DNA of 63,568 bases, filler included, from Octopus bimaculoides (GCF_001194135.2; 8 parts of 8 records of this genome joined end to end with filler, not necessarily neighbours in it); one strand, 5' to 3'; counted from the whole stretch's first letter, positions 40,301 through 51,649 are shown. A program made the numbers and translations. The notes: a model not told the origin generated them from the letters alone.

Positions 40301-40980
40301 GGTTTTGTTTTACAGTGTGATTTTTTATGATCTATCTTATCACACTTGAAGCATTTTATATTTTTAAACGGACAGTTACTTTTAAAATGTAGACCATTGC
40401 TTAGCGGTATATTGTCCGTTTTTATGTTCTGAGTTCAAATTCCGTTGAGGTCGGCTTTATCTTTCATCCCTTTGGAGTCGATAAAATAAATAGCAGTTGA
40501 GCAATGGGGTCGATATAATAGACTATTACGTCCCCCAAAATTCAAAGCCTTGTTCCAAAAACAGAAAGGATTATTGTTATATTATATCTTGTTTTAACCG
40601 GTGATGTATTGGCAGAATGATAAGGAGTGGAACAAAAGCCCCTGTAATATTTTATTATGGCTCTTCACACACTTATTTGAATCCTCCTGAGATCAATTTT
40701 CCTTTCATCTTTCTTGGGTGGATAATATCCTACACAAGTATCGGGGTCAATATCATTTGATTAAACCTATCCTCTCGTATAATGTTGGTCTTCTTGTGCT
40801 AAACAAGAAACAATTATAATGACTATTTGTTTTTCTTTTTATTTATCCCTGAAGGATTACATTAAATCTGATCCGACCGGTAGAACTGTTGATGCTACAC
40901 TGATTGTTCAAGTAAAACAAGGATCGGAACCTTTCAAGTTCAGAGGTTGTTTCATCGACTGGGATCCCAAACGTTGGGCA
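17568..40980 (+). CDS. Villin/gelsolin-family actin-binding protein, partial multi-exon gene (repeats G4-G6); span of visible exons
   Basis: Nine AG/GT-bounded exons join in frame: [30 protein letters not shown]|[24 protein letters not shown]|[30 protein letters not shown]|[28 protein letters not shown]|[21 protein letters not shown]|[31 protein letters not shown]|[31 protein letters not shown]|[15 protein letters not shown]|(missing)|[42 protein letters not shown]. It carries the gelsolin motifs [20 protein letters not shown], PPRLFxCSN, DDVMLLD and KQGxEP. Confidence 0.95.
18692..19169 (+). mobile_element. SINE family A, full length with internal gap
   Basis: Head ggcgtaggagtggctgtgtggtaagtagc; tail cagtcaaatgactgaaacaagtaaaagagtaa. 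Confidence 0.9.
20095..20166 (+). CDS. Villin/gelsolin exon (G4 end), 72 nt
   Basis: gaccag|GTA...AAG|gtatac; [24 protein letters not shown]. Confidence 0.92.
20572..20872 (+). mobile_element. tRNA-derived SINE family D
   Basis: A-box-like gactcagtggtaagagc, B-box-like gtttgatctcc, CORE-like gtgttcttgagcag. Confidence 0.6.
21320..21409 (+). CDS. Villin/gelsolin exon (G4-G5 linker, G5 start), 90 nt
   Basis: cttcag|GGT...CAG|gtaaga; [30 protein letters not shown]. Confidence 0.92.
22908..23115 (+). mobile_element. SINE family C
   Basis: ggtgagctggcaggattgtt..ctgagctcaaatcc..ctttgtctttcatcctttggggtcgataaaataagcacc. Confidence 0.8.
23219..23302 (+). CDS. Villin/gelsolin exon (G5), 84 nt
   Basis: ctttctag|GTT...AGG|gtaact; [28 protein letters not shown]. 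Confidence 0.95.
24305..24520 (-). mobile_element. RLE non-LTR retrotransposon endonuclease fragment
   Basis: [49 protein letters not shown]. Confidence 0.75.
25760..25990 (-). mobile_element. tRNA-derived SINE
   Basis: Minus head gagggtgcatggcctagtggttagg..gtggtttcaattcc..gcgttcttgagcaa. Confidence 0.6.
26030..26442 (-). mobile_element. SINE family A, full length
   Basis: Reverse complement of 54791-55205. Confidence 0.9.
27785..27846 (+). CDS. Villin/gelsolin exon (G5 helix), 62 nt, phase 0-2
   Basis: tttcag|GAA...AG|gttaat; [20 protein letters not shown](S); the split codon is completed by the next exon. Confidence 0.9.
27955..28280 (+). mobile_element. SINE family B2
   Basis: tRNA head, gtccttgagcaag, then a 3' block shared with family B1 (ctacgttaagggtacacgtg..aggctgttccgttgatcggatcaactggaacc..cggagtgcca). 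Confidence 0.8.
28516..28609 (+). CDS. Villin/gelsolin exon (G5 end), 94 nt, phase 2-0
   Basis: ttttcag|T GAT...CAG|gtataa; [31 protein letters not shown]. Confidence 0.95.
28900..29106. mobile_element. mariner-derived MITE
   Basis: Left ggagggggctgctgaaaagttcc, right gcaccccctcgtata; resembles the TIR at 48545. Confidence 0.55.
30100..30310 (+). mobile_element. CRE-like RLE retrotransposon C-terminal fragment
   Basis: [10 protein letters not shown], then after a frameshift [45 protein letters not shown] (LFQR.S.A.QRGNA-type terminus); GC-rich island. Confidence 0.7.
30537..30629 (+). CDS. Villin/gelsolin exon (G6 start), 93 nt
   Basis: ttacag|GTA...GAG|gtcagt; [31 protein letters not shown]. 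Confidence 0.95.
30918..31035. repeat. (GAA)n(AAC)n microsatellite
   Basis: Direct read; explains the poly-K/poly-R ORFs. Confidence 0.95.
31055..31262 (-). mobile_element. SINE family C
   Basis: Same family as 6225-6428. Confidence 0.8.
31283..31430 (+). mobile_element. R4/Dong-like 3' end fragment
   Basis: [31 protein letters not shown] plus 3' UTR. Confidence 0.75.
31440..32530 (+). mobile_element. R4/Dong-like RLE retrotransposon, 5'-truncated
   Basis: [25 protein letters not shown]; [22 protein letters not shown]; RRPDI; [12 protein letters not shown]; ends ILRKVLSV*; followed by (TAA)n. Confidence 0.88.
32530..32620. repeat. (TAA)(TAG)(TTG) microsatellite
   Basis: Direct read. Confidence 0.95.
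33392..33695 (-). mobile_element. SINE family B1
   Basis: Near-identical to 58672-59052. Confidence 0.9.
33873..35235. repeat. Long inverted repeat (~400-bp arms around an N-gap)
   Basis: 33873-34275 is a diverged reverse complement of 34858-35235 (ttttcgttgcgtcttgcaacctt vs aaggttgcaagacgcaacgaaaa). Confidence 0.85.
35397..35441 (+). CDS. Villin/gelsolin exon (G6), 45 nt
   Basis: ttgcag|GAT...GAG|gtcagt; [15 protein letters not shown]. Confidence 0.93.
37380..37590 (+). mobile_element. SINE family A, 3' part (diverged)
   Basis: ttacatccccgtaag..gagaccgacagaataagtac..gactaaaacatgtaaaa. Confidence 0.6.
38400..40250 (-). mobile_element. Ty3/Gypsy pol fragment (protease-RT-RNase H), gap inside
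   Basis: Minus strand: [12 protein letters not shown] (protease, ~40150-40190), [18 protein letters not shown] (RT) and [34 protein letters not shown] (RNase H end). Confidence 0.9.
40395..40575 (+). mobile_element. SINE family C
   Basis: gcttagcggtat..gttctgagttcaaattccgttgaggtcggctttatctttcatcc. Confidence 0.8.
40855..40980 (+). CDS. Villin/gelsolin exon (G6 end), 126 nt
   Basis: ccctgaag|GAT...GCA|gtaagt; [42 protein letters not shown]. Confidence 0.95.
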
Positions 40981-41279
40981 GTAAGTGCCTTATTTATATT
41001 TATATTTGAAATGTATGCCTATGATTACGCGTCAAAAAAGCACTGGCTGGCCGGTAACGTATTTTTCTGCAATGTATTGATTGATAATTTATCCTGATCA
41101 CGCTATTTAGTAGCATTATCACGCGTTTGAGAATAAGAAAAAATTATTTCTGTATCTTTCAATACACCTCAACGCTTCTAAAACAGACTTTGTTTACTTT
41201 CATCGTAAGTTGAAGTTAACATTAGCGTCTTATGAAGCTAAATTTATAAGTTCTAAAATTGCAGTAGAATTCGTTACTG

Positions 41280-41350
41280 GGAAGTTTAGCTTAATGGTAA
41301 AGCACTTGACGCGTAATCACAGGGATGTGAGTTCGAGTCTCATGGCTGGC
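41280..41350 (+). pseudogene. tRNA-Thr(CGT)-like pseudogene or SINE head
   Basis: A-box tagcttaatggtaaagc, loop cgCGTaa, intact T-arm gtgag-ttcgagt-ctcat; anticodon and acceptor stems are broken. Confidence 0.55.
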
Positions 41351-42331
41351 TGGTAACGTATTTTTCTGCAATGTATGGATAATTTATCCAGATCACGCTA
41401 TTTATTAGCATTATCAATAATAGGATAAAGTCTTTTATAAGAATTTATCAAGTAGCTAGCGTGAAAAAACCTCATAAGGGAAAAATCCATCATTTATTCC
41501 CTAAAATATATTTATTTATATAAGGGCATTACTCTACATGAATGCCTCACGCTAAGAGGGACACTAAGATCAAACTACCATAATAAACACATTTTTACCG
41601 AACGCGAGGAAATGCAACTCTCAAAGCTAGCCCCATAAAAACAGACTGAATTATAGATCATGATTTCGTAATTATTGCAGTAATATGCACCTTTTACTCA
41701 GCAGTACAGTATGATCAAGACACATAAAAATAAACAAAAAATCAATATATATGGATATATAAAACAACAGATGGATTGTGGTTCACTACAGCTGTTTCAG
41801 ACGTATTTATTATTGATGAACAGAAGTGTAACCTCATGCAACCCCCACAAAAAAAAGCATTTTCATCAGGTAAATACAGGTAAGAATTAACAATTAGAAC
41901 TTCTCAAGAACAAGTACATGGTGCCATATGACTTGGCCAACTTAAATTCGGTCAAAGACCTTGGTGCTTTCACTATTTTAATATCTGATTCTCTCAAATC
42001 CTGGAAATTATATATGATAGATCGCTGACTACTGCACGCATTTTGTTCTCTCCTTGTTTCTCTCCTTGTTTCTTTCTGTGTTCCTTTCTGTTGAAGAGCG
42101 TAGGCTCGAAACGTTAAAGACTTTTCTATTCCCGAGCGTTATACTAATACATCCATTTGTTGTCTACACCACCTGTTTCGTCTGTTGTTTTTTCGTGAAT
42201 TCTCCCTATATATATATATATATATATATATNNNNNNNNNNNNNNNNNNNNNNNNNNNNNNNNNNNNNNNNNNNNTTAATTAATTAANNNNNNNNNNNNN
42301 NNNNNNNNNNNNNNNNNNNNNNNNNNNNNNN

Positions 42332-43128
42332 TGTTGGACCACTCGGTTGGGAAAAATCCAACGGTATCAGCGCCAAGCAGTGATTAGGCATACGCGAACT
42401 TTAGCTTAGTTAAAATGTTTGTGACATATTTTAACTGCTAAAGGCAAATTCACTGCAGTTACCATGGAGAACAAAAACTTCTTATGATAATAGGTATACA
42501 AACACCATATCTGCCAAGTGTTACCCTGTCTCAGATTTCCAGACACAGTGTTTCTGGCTCTTCGGCCTTTCTCAATGGGAAATATCGAAGAGAGGTAACT
42601 CTGAGCAAATTTAAAGCCGTTGCTTTAACTATATATACAAAAAAAAAAACAACAGCCAGCAACGTTGATTGAATTGCACTGTTGGACCACTCGGTTGGGA
42701 AAAATCCAACGGTATCAGCGCCAAGCAGTGATTAGGCATACGCGAACTTTAGCTTAGTTAAAATGTTTGTGACATATTTTAACTGCTAAAGGCAAATTCA
42801 CTGAAGTTACCTTGGAGAAAAAAATCATCTCTTATGGTAAAAGGTGTAAAAACACCTTTAATTAACTGCTTTTTGGGGGGAGGTTTACTTAAAGCTACTG
42901 CTTTGAATCTGCTCAGAGTAACCTCTCTTCGGTATTTCCCATTGAGGAAGGCTAAAGAGTCATAAACGCTGCGTCTGGGAATCCCACAAAGAGAAACACT
43001 GGGCAGACATGGTGTTTTTATACCTTTTACCATAAGAGAGAAATTTGTGTTACCCACGCTAACTGCAGTGAATTTGCTTTTAGAAGTTGAAATATATCAC
43101 AAACATGTTTAACTAACTCAAAGTTACC
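42332..43128. repeat. ~348-bp tandem repeat with an inverted (foldback) copy
   Basis: 42332 and 42680 begin with the same sequence (period 348); 42885-43128 is the reverse complement of ~42405-42625. Confidence 0.85.
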
Positions 43129-43549
43129 CTGTCTTTCCGGTTTATTCTGCCCTATGTGTGAAAGACCCACATCTCAAAGATATCTGTTTTTTATATGTTG
43201 GTCTGTAAATTATCCAAATTCCTAACCTATATATATATGTGTATATCGTGTGTGTATGAAATTGAGTTTGTGTGTATGTTGTGCGTGTATACACATACAG
43301 AGAGATATATGGTTCATTGTCACTTGACTTGGTCGACGTGATAGTGACAGCCGGCATGGAAGCCTGCTTTTTCTCTATAAGATAAAACATATTTGGCCCC
43401 TTTTATAGAAAGACAGGTACTGAGTCTTTTAGTGCCTGATATATAGATATAAAGAGCAAATAATTAAACAGTATTTCATTCTATTTCCTTTAGTAAGTAC
43501 AAAGACCTTTTATATTTCCTTATTGTTATTAATATACTATTCTCCGTCT

Positions 43550-43700
43550 TTACATCCTGAATTCAAATTCTGTCGCAGTTGATTTTGCCTTTCATCCTTT
43601 TGGAGGTCGATGAAATAAGTCTAGCTGAGGTCGATGTAATCGACTAGTCTCTTCCCCACAAATTTCAGGCCTTGTGACTGTAGTATAAAGGATTGTCATT
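43550..43700 (+). mobile_element. SINE family C (diverged)
   Basis: ctgaattcaaattctgtcgcagttgattttgcctttcatcc. Confidence 0.7.
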
Positions 43701-44062
43701 ATACTATATTGTACACTGTGCAGAAATTTCTATTTCTACATATTCTTGAGTGCAAGACATCAAAATGAATGGATTGTGTTCAATATCACAGCCAGAGGAC
43801 ACTATAGATTCAGAGAAGCTTCTTACAGAAATATCTGATAAGACGACAATACTTGTTATAAAATTGAATATAATGTTCAAATAGCTTAAATAAAGTTGTA
43901 AGTACATTGAAAATACAAGGAGAATTCTTCAAAAACTTCATGCAGAAAATAACCAAGGCTGATAATGGCATTATTCAAACCAAGAACGTAGAACCACTCC
44001 CATTTCTAAGAGAAATGAACAATGTGCAAATAGAATTAGAAGCACTGAGACAAAAGGAAGCA

Positions 44063-44094
<32 letters not shown>

Positions 44095-45239
44095 TTTTAA
44101 AAACTTGGTAAAGATCCCTAAACAAATGCAAACAAGCATTTGAAGCAATAACTTTCTGAATATCTATCAGAATTAACGAAACAAAGGAAAATCAATTCTG
44201 CTGAAAAATTTTACTAGAAAATTAGAAAATAGATGGTGAATACCTACAAGAAATAGAAATACGTGCAAATTTAGCATTATGCTATCTAGATACAGAAATT
44301 TCCTTTCTACAAGCATGAACAACGATATGAAGATAAATTTAAAACAATAAACAGCTCTATGCTTGCCAAAATTTCCAATTAAAATGCTGGTCAAATTCAG
44401 TAAAAGCTACAAGAAACATTAAGAAGATAAATCTACAAAACTGTAGGGAGAACAACAATGCTGGTTTGACGATTATGCTGGAGAAGACTCCACAATGAAA
44501 ACTAAACCACAGCAGAAAAGTATAGAAACGAGGATACAATCAAATAAAAACACGAGATATGTTAGTCAGCAGCTGATTCAATAAAAGCAAGGTGAATACC
44601 TTACCAACAGTTTCGAATAAGAAAATATGAAATTTACCACATTTGAACTTGGAATGCTTCAAGCGAACTACAATACTCTCCTATCTCAGCTAGTTTATCT
44701 TCAGCTTCTGTGAGTGTAGTGGATCCCATGTTAATGTGTTTAATGGTAATCTTGAATTCTTTAACTTTAGAATTATTACCCATTTTCGCAATAGCATGAT
44801 GCTATGGCAGATCTTCAATAATGTTTTCATTTATTGTGGATGGACTGGAGAAAACTCTGTGAAACGCTCTATCCAACTCTTAGGAATACCTTCAGTACCA
44901 CTGATTATTGTAGATCAATCTTTGGAATGGAGAGGAGCAGTAGTTGATTGGGAAAAGGCGATGAGGGGAAGCCTGCCCCAGGTGACACTTTTATGGGGTT
45001 GGTGCTTTTGAGTCTACTGTATAAGCCCTTGTAGGGACAGAGGGCAATGAGGAAGTAAACTCAGAGGCTTCTCCGGATGGCACACGTTCTAGCTACGCCA
45101 CTGGCACACTCCTCTCTACTGCATCATTTTCACAATCTCACCAGACCTGCCTCTCATTGTACCTAAATTGATATTGCTAGACATAAAGTTTTGGAATTGA
45201 CAGGGGAAGGGGAATTTTTGTTGATACGTTTTTGGTCAC

Positions 45240-45570
45240 AGTTGCTGTTTGTCTTCTTTCGGTTGATCCGATCGACGGAACAGCCTGCGCGTGAAATTGA
45301 CGTGCAAGTGTTTGAGCACTCCACACACAGGTGACCCCTTAACATAGTTCTCAGATCTTCCATGAGTTCGCAGGGAGACTCAGCGTGACACCGAGTATGA
45401 CAAGGCTGGCCCTTTGAAATACAGGTACTACTCATTTTTGCCAGCTGAGTGGACTGGAGAAATGTGAAATAAAGTGTCTTGCTCAAGGGTACAACTCATC
45501 GCCGGGAATTGAACTCACATCCATACAATCGTGAGCTGAATACACTGACCACTAAGCCATGTGCCCTCAC
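45240..45570 (-). mobile_element. SINE family B2
   Basis: Reverse complement of the 27955-28280 family. Confidence 0.8.
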
Positions 45571-47444
45571 TGTCTTTCTTTACTTGCAGGAAATAAGAAA
45601 CAGTCGGAAAATTCATGTCCTTTCATTTCATTCGCTATCAATTACCTAATCCTTAGTTCTTCCCCACACAGGCTGTCGTATGTGTTGTTTATTAAAGTTA
45701 TCAATTATTTATTATTGTCATATGTATTGTGAGGGGCATATAACCACAGCAACCTGATATTTGATGGGGTGAGGGGTGACCATTGCTCTGCAAAAACTGT
45801 GTGCGTGCGTGCGTGTGTGTGTGTGTAATACAGGATAAAACACTAATAGTCTCATAAAGCGTTTAAAACTATGTTATTTACTAGGGAAGTGATTCATCAT
45901 AGATATCTGGCGTTTGGTGATTTGCACCATAGGTATGCATACACACTAATGATGATCAACCTGAAATGACCAGGGTTTAATGAGAAGGAAGGAAGGAGAG
46001 ACATCCAAACAAAAGTTTAAATATTTGTGGGGAAAGAATCAGAGAAAAGAATTTGGCTGAAGAAGCGAATTTAAGGATTTATCTTCTTGTGGTGAGGGAA
46101 CCATTCTTTTCATGTTTTCCATTGTAGCAGAGTGAATAGTTTAAGTACCCGAAGTACTTGCCTGAATATGTAAGGGTTGGTAGTAGAGGAAGTAAGGTAA
46201 GGAGTGGAAGAGAGAAGGAGATTTTTAGGGGCGACTGCAAAAATAACTTGTACAAAGCTCATGCCGTGCGCGTGTATGTGTGCTCACATGCCTCAAGCAA
46301 GAATAGGTTTACATAAACATCAAAACCATGAATACATACATACATACATACATATATATGTACGTACGTGTGAACGTGTGTATCAGAATTACTGTTTGTG
46401 CATGCGTGCGTGTGTGTAATTGAGTGAGAGAGAAGAAATTGAGAGATAGAGAATGTGTGAAGGAGATCGATAGATACACGTTACATTTACAAACATACAT
46501 TCATACATGATGGTTGCCCCCTCGTTATCGAGTATGGCCATTGCACGAAGCTTAACTTAACGGTGCTGTGATCGAATGTGACTTTTTAGCCCAGCCAAAG
46601 ATCTACCATGTCTTGCACAGAGTTGGCATCCAAAACCTTTACTGAAAATAGCTGGCTGTTGTTGTAATTGGGCTCCATGTACCTTTGCGTGTCGTTCATA
46701 CATACAACCCCAGATACACACCGACTTATAACCAAAGACGTATGTGAGCTTGTGAAGTTTATCAAATATCTGATGAAGAAACTATTTTCCTTATTGCAGA
46801 CATGTCTAGAAAATATTATCATAGCTTTTAATAGCAACAAACTTATGCCATATCAAAATATAGCCTTACTCTCTCGACATACCTATAACTATACGTTGAG
46901 CAACCATTATTTCATGTTCATCATTTTTATTGTTACATAATGTCACATTCCTTTTAGAATCACACAACTGTTTAGCACAATAAAATGTTGTGTGAATATA
47001 TCGAGGGTAAAGTGTATGTTTCTGGTTGGGACTCTCAGGTATCCTGTCCTGAAATTGCTTGGTTAAGAGTTCATACGGGTGCAGAACACAAATGGACACC
47101 TTATAAGTATGTTATGGTATTAACCAGCATAATACAGAAGGTGTTTAAGAAGTCAAAGCAGCATAAAACATCCTCACAAGCACTAAAAACAAAGTGAAGT
47201 TGACTGTGGCTTCATACTAGTCTTCAAATGTTTAGGTGAGCCACTGATGCACACATTTCTTAGCTTCTAATGACCGGAAAAGCTAGAGATTGAAAATTAT
47301 TTGAAACGAAGACTCTGAAGCAAACTTTCTGACGTCATAATGACAGTTCAGGAGAATTAAGAACCTTCTCTTGCCTAGACGAATGATTTTTGATTGAATT
47401 TTACATCAACACATACACACACACACATACATCCATAAACATAC

Positions 47445-47479
<35 letters not shown>

Positions 47480-48379
47480 NNNNNNNNNNNNNNNNNNNNN
47501 NNNNNNNNNNNNNNNNNNNNNNNNNNNNNNNNNNNNNNNNNNNNNNNNNNNNNNNNNNNNNNNNNNNNNNNNNNNNNNNNNNNNNNNNNNNNNNNNNNNN
47601 NNNNNNNNNNNNNNNNNNNNNNNNNNNNNNNNNNNNNNNNNNNNNNNNNNNNNNNNNNNNNNNNNNNNNNNNNNNNNNNNNNNNNNNNNNNNNNNNNNNN
47701 NNNNNNNNNNNNNNNNNNNNNNNNNNNNNNNNNNNNNNNNNNNNNNNNNNNNNNNNNNNNNNNNNNNNNNNNNNNNNNNNNNNNNNNNNNNNNNNNNNNN
47801 NNNNNNNNNNNNNNNNNNNNNNNNNNNNNNNNNNNNNNNNNNNNNNNNNNNNNNNNNNNNNNNNNNNNNNNNNNNNNNNNNNNNNNNNNNNNNNNNNNNN
47901 NNNNNNNNNNNNNNNNNNNNNNNNNNNNNNNNNNNNNNNNNNNNNNNNNNNNNNNNNNNNNNNNNNNNNNNNNNNNNNNNNNNNNNNNNNNNNNNNNNNN
48001 NNNNNNNNNNNNNNNNNNNNNNNNNNNNNNNNNNNNNNNNNNNNNNNNNNNNNNNNNNNNNNNNNNNNNNNNNNNNNNNNNNNNNNNNNNNNNNNNNNNN
48101 NNNNNNNNNNNNNNNNNNNNNNNNNNNNNNNNNNNNNNNNNNNNNNNNNNNNNNNNNNNNNNNNNNNNNNNNNNNNNNNNNNNNNNNNNNNNNNNNNNNN
48201 NNNNNNNNNNNNNNNNNNNNNNNNNNNNNNNNNNNNNNNNNNNNNNNNNNNNNNNNNNNNNNNNNNNNNNNNNNNNNNNNNNNNNNNNNNNNNNNNNNNN
48301 NNNNNNNNNNNNNNNNNNNNNNNNNNNNNNNNNNNNNNNNNNNNNNNNNNNNNNNNNNNNNNNNNNNNNNNNNNATATA

Positions 48380-48540
48380 TAACGCCAACCATTCTCTGAG
48401 TGGTTGGCGTTAGGAAGGGCATCCAGCTGTAGAAACTCTGCCAAATTAGATTGGAGCCTGGTGTTGCCATCCGGTTTCACCAGTCCTCAGTCAAATCGTC
48501 CAACCCATGCTAGCATGGAAAGCGGACGTTAAACGATGAT
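48380..48540 (+). mobile_element. Retroposon 3' tail (RTE-type end)
   Basis: ggttggcgttaggaagggcatccagc..aacccatgctagcatggaaagcggacgttaaacgatgat. Confidence 0.5.
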
Positions 48541-48544
48541 ATAT

Positions 48545-49150
48545 ATAGGTGATATCAAAAAGTTCCCGGATTATTTCTGTAGTGCACTAACAAATGGCAG
48601 CACACAGTTGAGTACATGGTGAGAGCTAGCAGTAACTTTCATGAGGCAGTGTGACGAGTGATATCGCCGTGTTTACTTTGCAAGTTGTAAAATTTGTGTT
48701 TTTGTGATAAAGTGTATGCTGTAGTCTGCGATTTTTGTCATGGACAGGAAGTTGGATTAAAGAGCCAACATGAAATTTTGTGTTAAAGTTAGAAAGTCTT
48801 CTACAGAGACATTGAGCATGCTTCGGCAAGCTTACGGTGACAAGGCAATGAGCTGAACGCAATGTTTCAAGTGGCACGAGCGCTTCAAAAGCAGAAGAGC
48901 GTTCCTCACATGATGAGCGATCTAGAAGGCCTGTCACATGCGTCACCTCCGCAAATGTGGAGATAATTTGTCAGCTTGTGCTTGAAGATCCTCAGAGGAA
49001 ATCAATCGCATTGCTGATGTTGGTCTGCTATATGGGTCTGTGCAGGTGATCCTAATATCCGGAGTGTTTATGATGACAATGCCCCCTGTCACTGAGTTCT
49101 ACTCACTTGTGAGTTTCTCGCTAAAACATGGTATTGCTTCCACACCTACC
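48545..49150 (+). mobile_element. mariner transposon remnant (left TIR plus N-terminal HTH, deleted)
   Basis: TIR gatatcaaaaagttcccgga; MDRKLD*RANMKFCVKVRKSSTETLSMLRQAYGD.AMS..QCFKWHERFKS..DERS.RP. Confidence 0.85.
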
Positions 49151-49267
49151 CTGCTCACACCTGTGGACTTTAATCTCATCTCACATGTTATACTAATATA
49201 TCTGATTGTTTTCTACACCACCTGTCTTTGTCTTTTTTTTTTTTTGTGAATTCTCCCNNNNNNNNNN

Positions 49268-49310
<43 letters not shown>

Positions 49311-49564
49311 TCACACACACACATACACACAAATATGTATGTGTGTATATATGTATATATTCACACGTGTGTTTGTATTTATGATACCCACACACACTTA
49401 CATACACATGTATATGTCTACGTCACAATCTGTCTTTCACTCACTGTGTCTGACTGTCTGTATTTGTTGGCGCTATACATAGGTATATACATGTATAAGA
49501 TAATTAATTTTTCTGTGAAATTACTAAAAACTTATCCCTAACGTGGTTGTGATTGTATCAGAAT

Positions 49565-49735
49565 AAGAACCCCTTCTCTTCAGATCCAGAAATAGTCCAT
49601 TCATCATCACTTATTCCTAATCTACAATGCTTATCTAAGGCCTGCAGTTGAGTACTGTTCTCATATCTATGAGAGTGCAGCTACTGTTCACACTGACACA
49701 CTAGACCTTATCTAGAAATAGGCCTTCCACCCATG
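49565..49735 (+). mobile_element. Jockey/I-like LINE RT C-terminal fragment
   Basis: LLFLIYNAYLRPAVEYCSHIY, resembling the L.LYK..IRP.LEYCS..W motif. Confidence 0.55.
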
Positions 49736-51649
49736 TAGCATAGCTAGAGATAGGGACTGGTCTGCTTCAGGCAACACCTTTGGGCCTGTTGTATATGTCT
49801 TTATGGGGACAAACTCAAGTGTCACCATGGGTATCACACTCTAGCTATGTCACTGCTGCCAAAGTCAAGGAAAACATTAAGATAAATCCCTAATGTGCAG
49901 GTTTGTGACTGTGTTCTCTCAAGTCGTCAATCTGCATATGTTACCTCACACCCGTCATTAAAGAACCTTGCAAGAACAGCATGGATAAAGCTGATTATTT
50001 TGTGTTATTCTTAATAAATACATCACAGAAATTTTAGTGACAGATGAATACTACTCTCCAAGTATCGGCTTTCATGTTGCAATGACACAAAAATGATTTT
50101 GACGACTAATGATAAAGGTAGTTTATGATGTGGATTGTTGATAATACAAGTTGTTACTAGTGTTGCGAATAGCTTGGTTGCTTGGGTGATGGAGAAATGA
50201 TGATATATTTTGTTGGCTGCATGAATAATAACTGTAACAACTCATGAACATTTAGCTGAATATTTAGTGATGGACATAAAGATATTTGGTGTTGGCTACT
50301 TACAATGAACAATATTAATAATTGCTGCCTGAGAGAGAAACAGACTGCTCTGAAATTATAGAAAGCTATCTGTATGACAATATGTGGTTGGTCCAAAAAT
50401 ATACAAAGCCAGCTGCTCAAATCTCCATGGTGACAGATGTCCTTGACCAGCTGAGATGGCAAAAATAGAGGTACATATTGCTCAGTCATCTTCAACATTC
50501 TGTGTTTAAAAAGTGCCAAAAGCAGTCTTTTACAGGAAACAAGAAGAAAATTTGAGAAAACCATATCATGCCACAATCTCACACTGATAGGTCACATAAC
50601 AGACCAATCAAACTGCATGTGGATACAATAGTTGTTGTAACAGCTACATTCTTCAGTCAAAATGGAAAGGAAATTAATAATGATAGAAAAATGTTTTTAA
50701 TGGTGAAACGGAATACGCACACATCCACACATATTTGTATATATATATATATATTTATATACATATACATACATACAAACACATTTATAGAGAAGCAAAG
50801 AAAAGGAGAAAACAGCTTTTCTTTCAAATATGTTGTATAAAGACATTACTATGATCAAGTTCATGTTTAACCTAGTTTTTATTAAGGATATTTTTATGTA
50901 TATCTAACAGGATATATAATTCCTGTATTGATAATTTTATCAGTTATAACACTGTTTTCATAATACTTGGAGACTTCCTGCAAAACACACAACTTACCCT
51001 CTCCCCCAAACTTGCTGGCTTTGTGCCAAAATTTGAAACCAATATTATATATTACGCTGTGTCTTGGACCTTCAACAACTTGTTGGAAGCCATAGCAGCT
51101 CTACTAGGCTGGATTACAACTGAATCAGAGAGAAAGAGAAGAAAGAAGAAAGAAAGAAAGAAAAAAGTGAAGAATCTATCCCAACACAAACTGGTACTTA
51201 ATTTATTTATCAAGACCCCAACTTCCTCCCACCCGACAAAATATAAAAAAACACAAAACGCAAAGTGACCTCAGGTGGAATTTGAAATCAAAGCACAAAG
51301 ATTATGAAAAACCACTTCAAAGCAATCTATCCGATGTTCTAAAGTTTCGACCAAATGTTTATCTAGGTTGTTTCCCCCCCCCCCATACCACAAAGTTTTT
51401 ATGGTAACGAGGATAAAACTGACATATCTCCTGAAACTTGGTTTTATTTTCTTTGGTCAAAATAAAGATACACTTGACTCTTTCCATCTTCATTGAAATT
51501 TTATTTCTATTATAACTCTTAATGATAATATTTCTCATGTCCAANNNNNNNNNNNNNNNNNNNNNNNNNNNNNNNNNNNNNNNNNNNNTTAATTAATTAA
51601 NNNNNNNNNNNNNNNNNNNNNNNNNNNNNNNNNNNNNNNNNNNNAACAA

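Noticed and set aside
40819-41097. ORF-track protein as a single-exon CDS
   Set aside because: Only 40855-40980 is gelsolin-like, and it is bounded by splice sites; the flanks are intronic.
41280-41350. Functional tRNA-Thr gene
   Set aside because: Acceptor and anticodon stems do not pair well; called a pseudogene or SINE head instead.
41870-41879. cag|gtaaatacag|gtaaga micro-exon-like element
   Set aside because: 10 nt would frameshift and the polypyrimidine tract is weak; no supporting evidence.
43381-43415. Candidate linker exon containing KTY
   Set aside because: KTY is in the wrong phase; the phase-0 frame needed after 40980 has a TAG stop.
43730-44700. A-rich stretch with possible LINE linker-like coding remnants
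   Set aside because: No diagnostic motif could be read; left unannotated.
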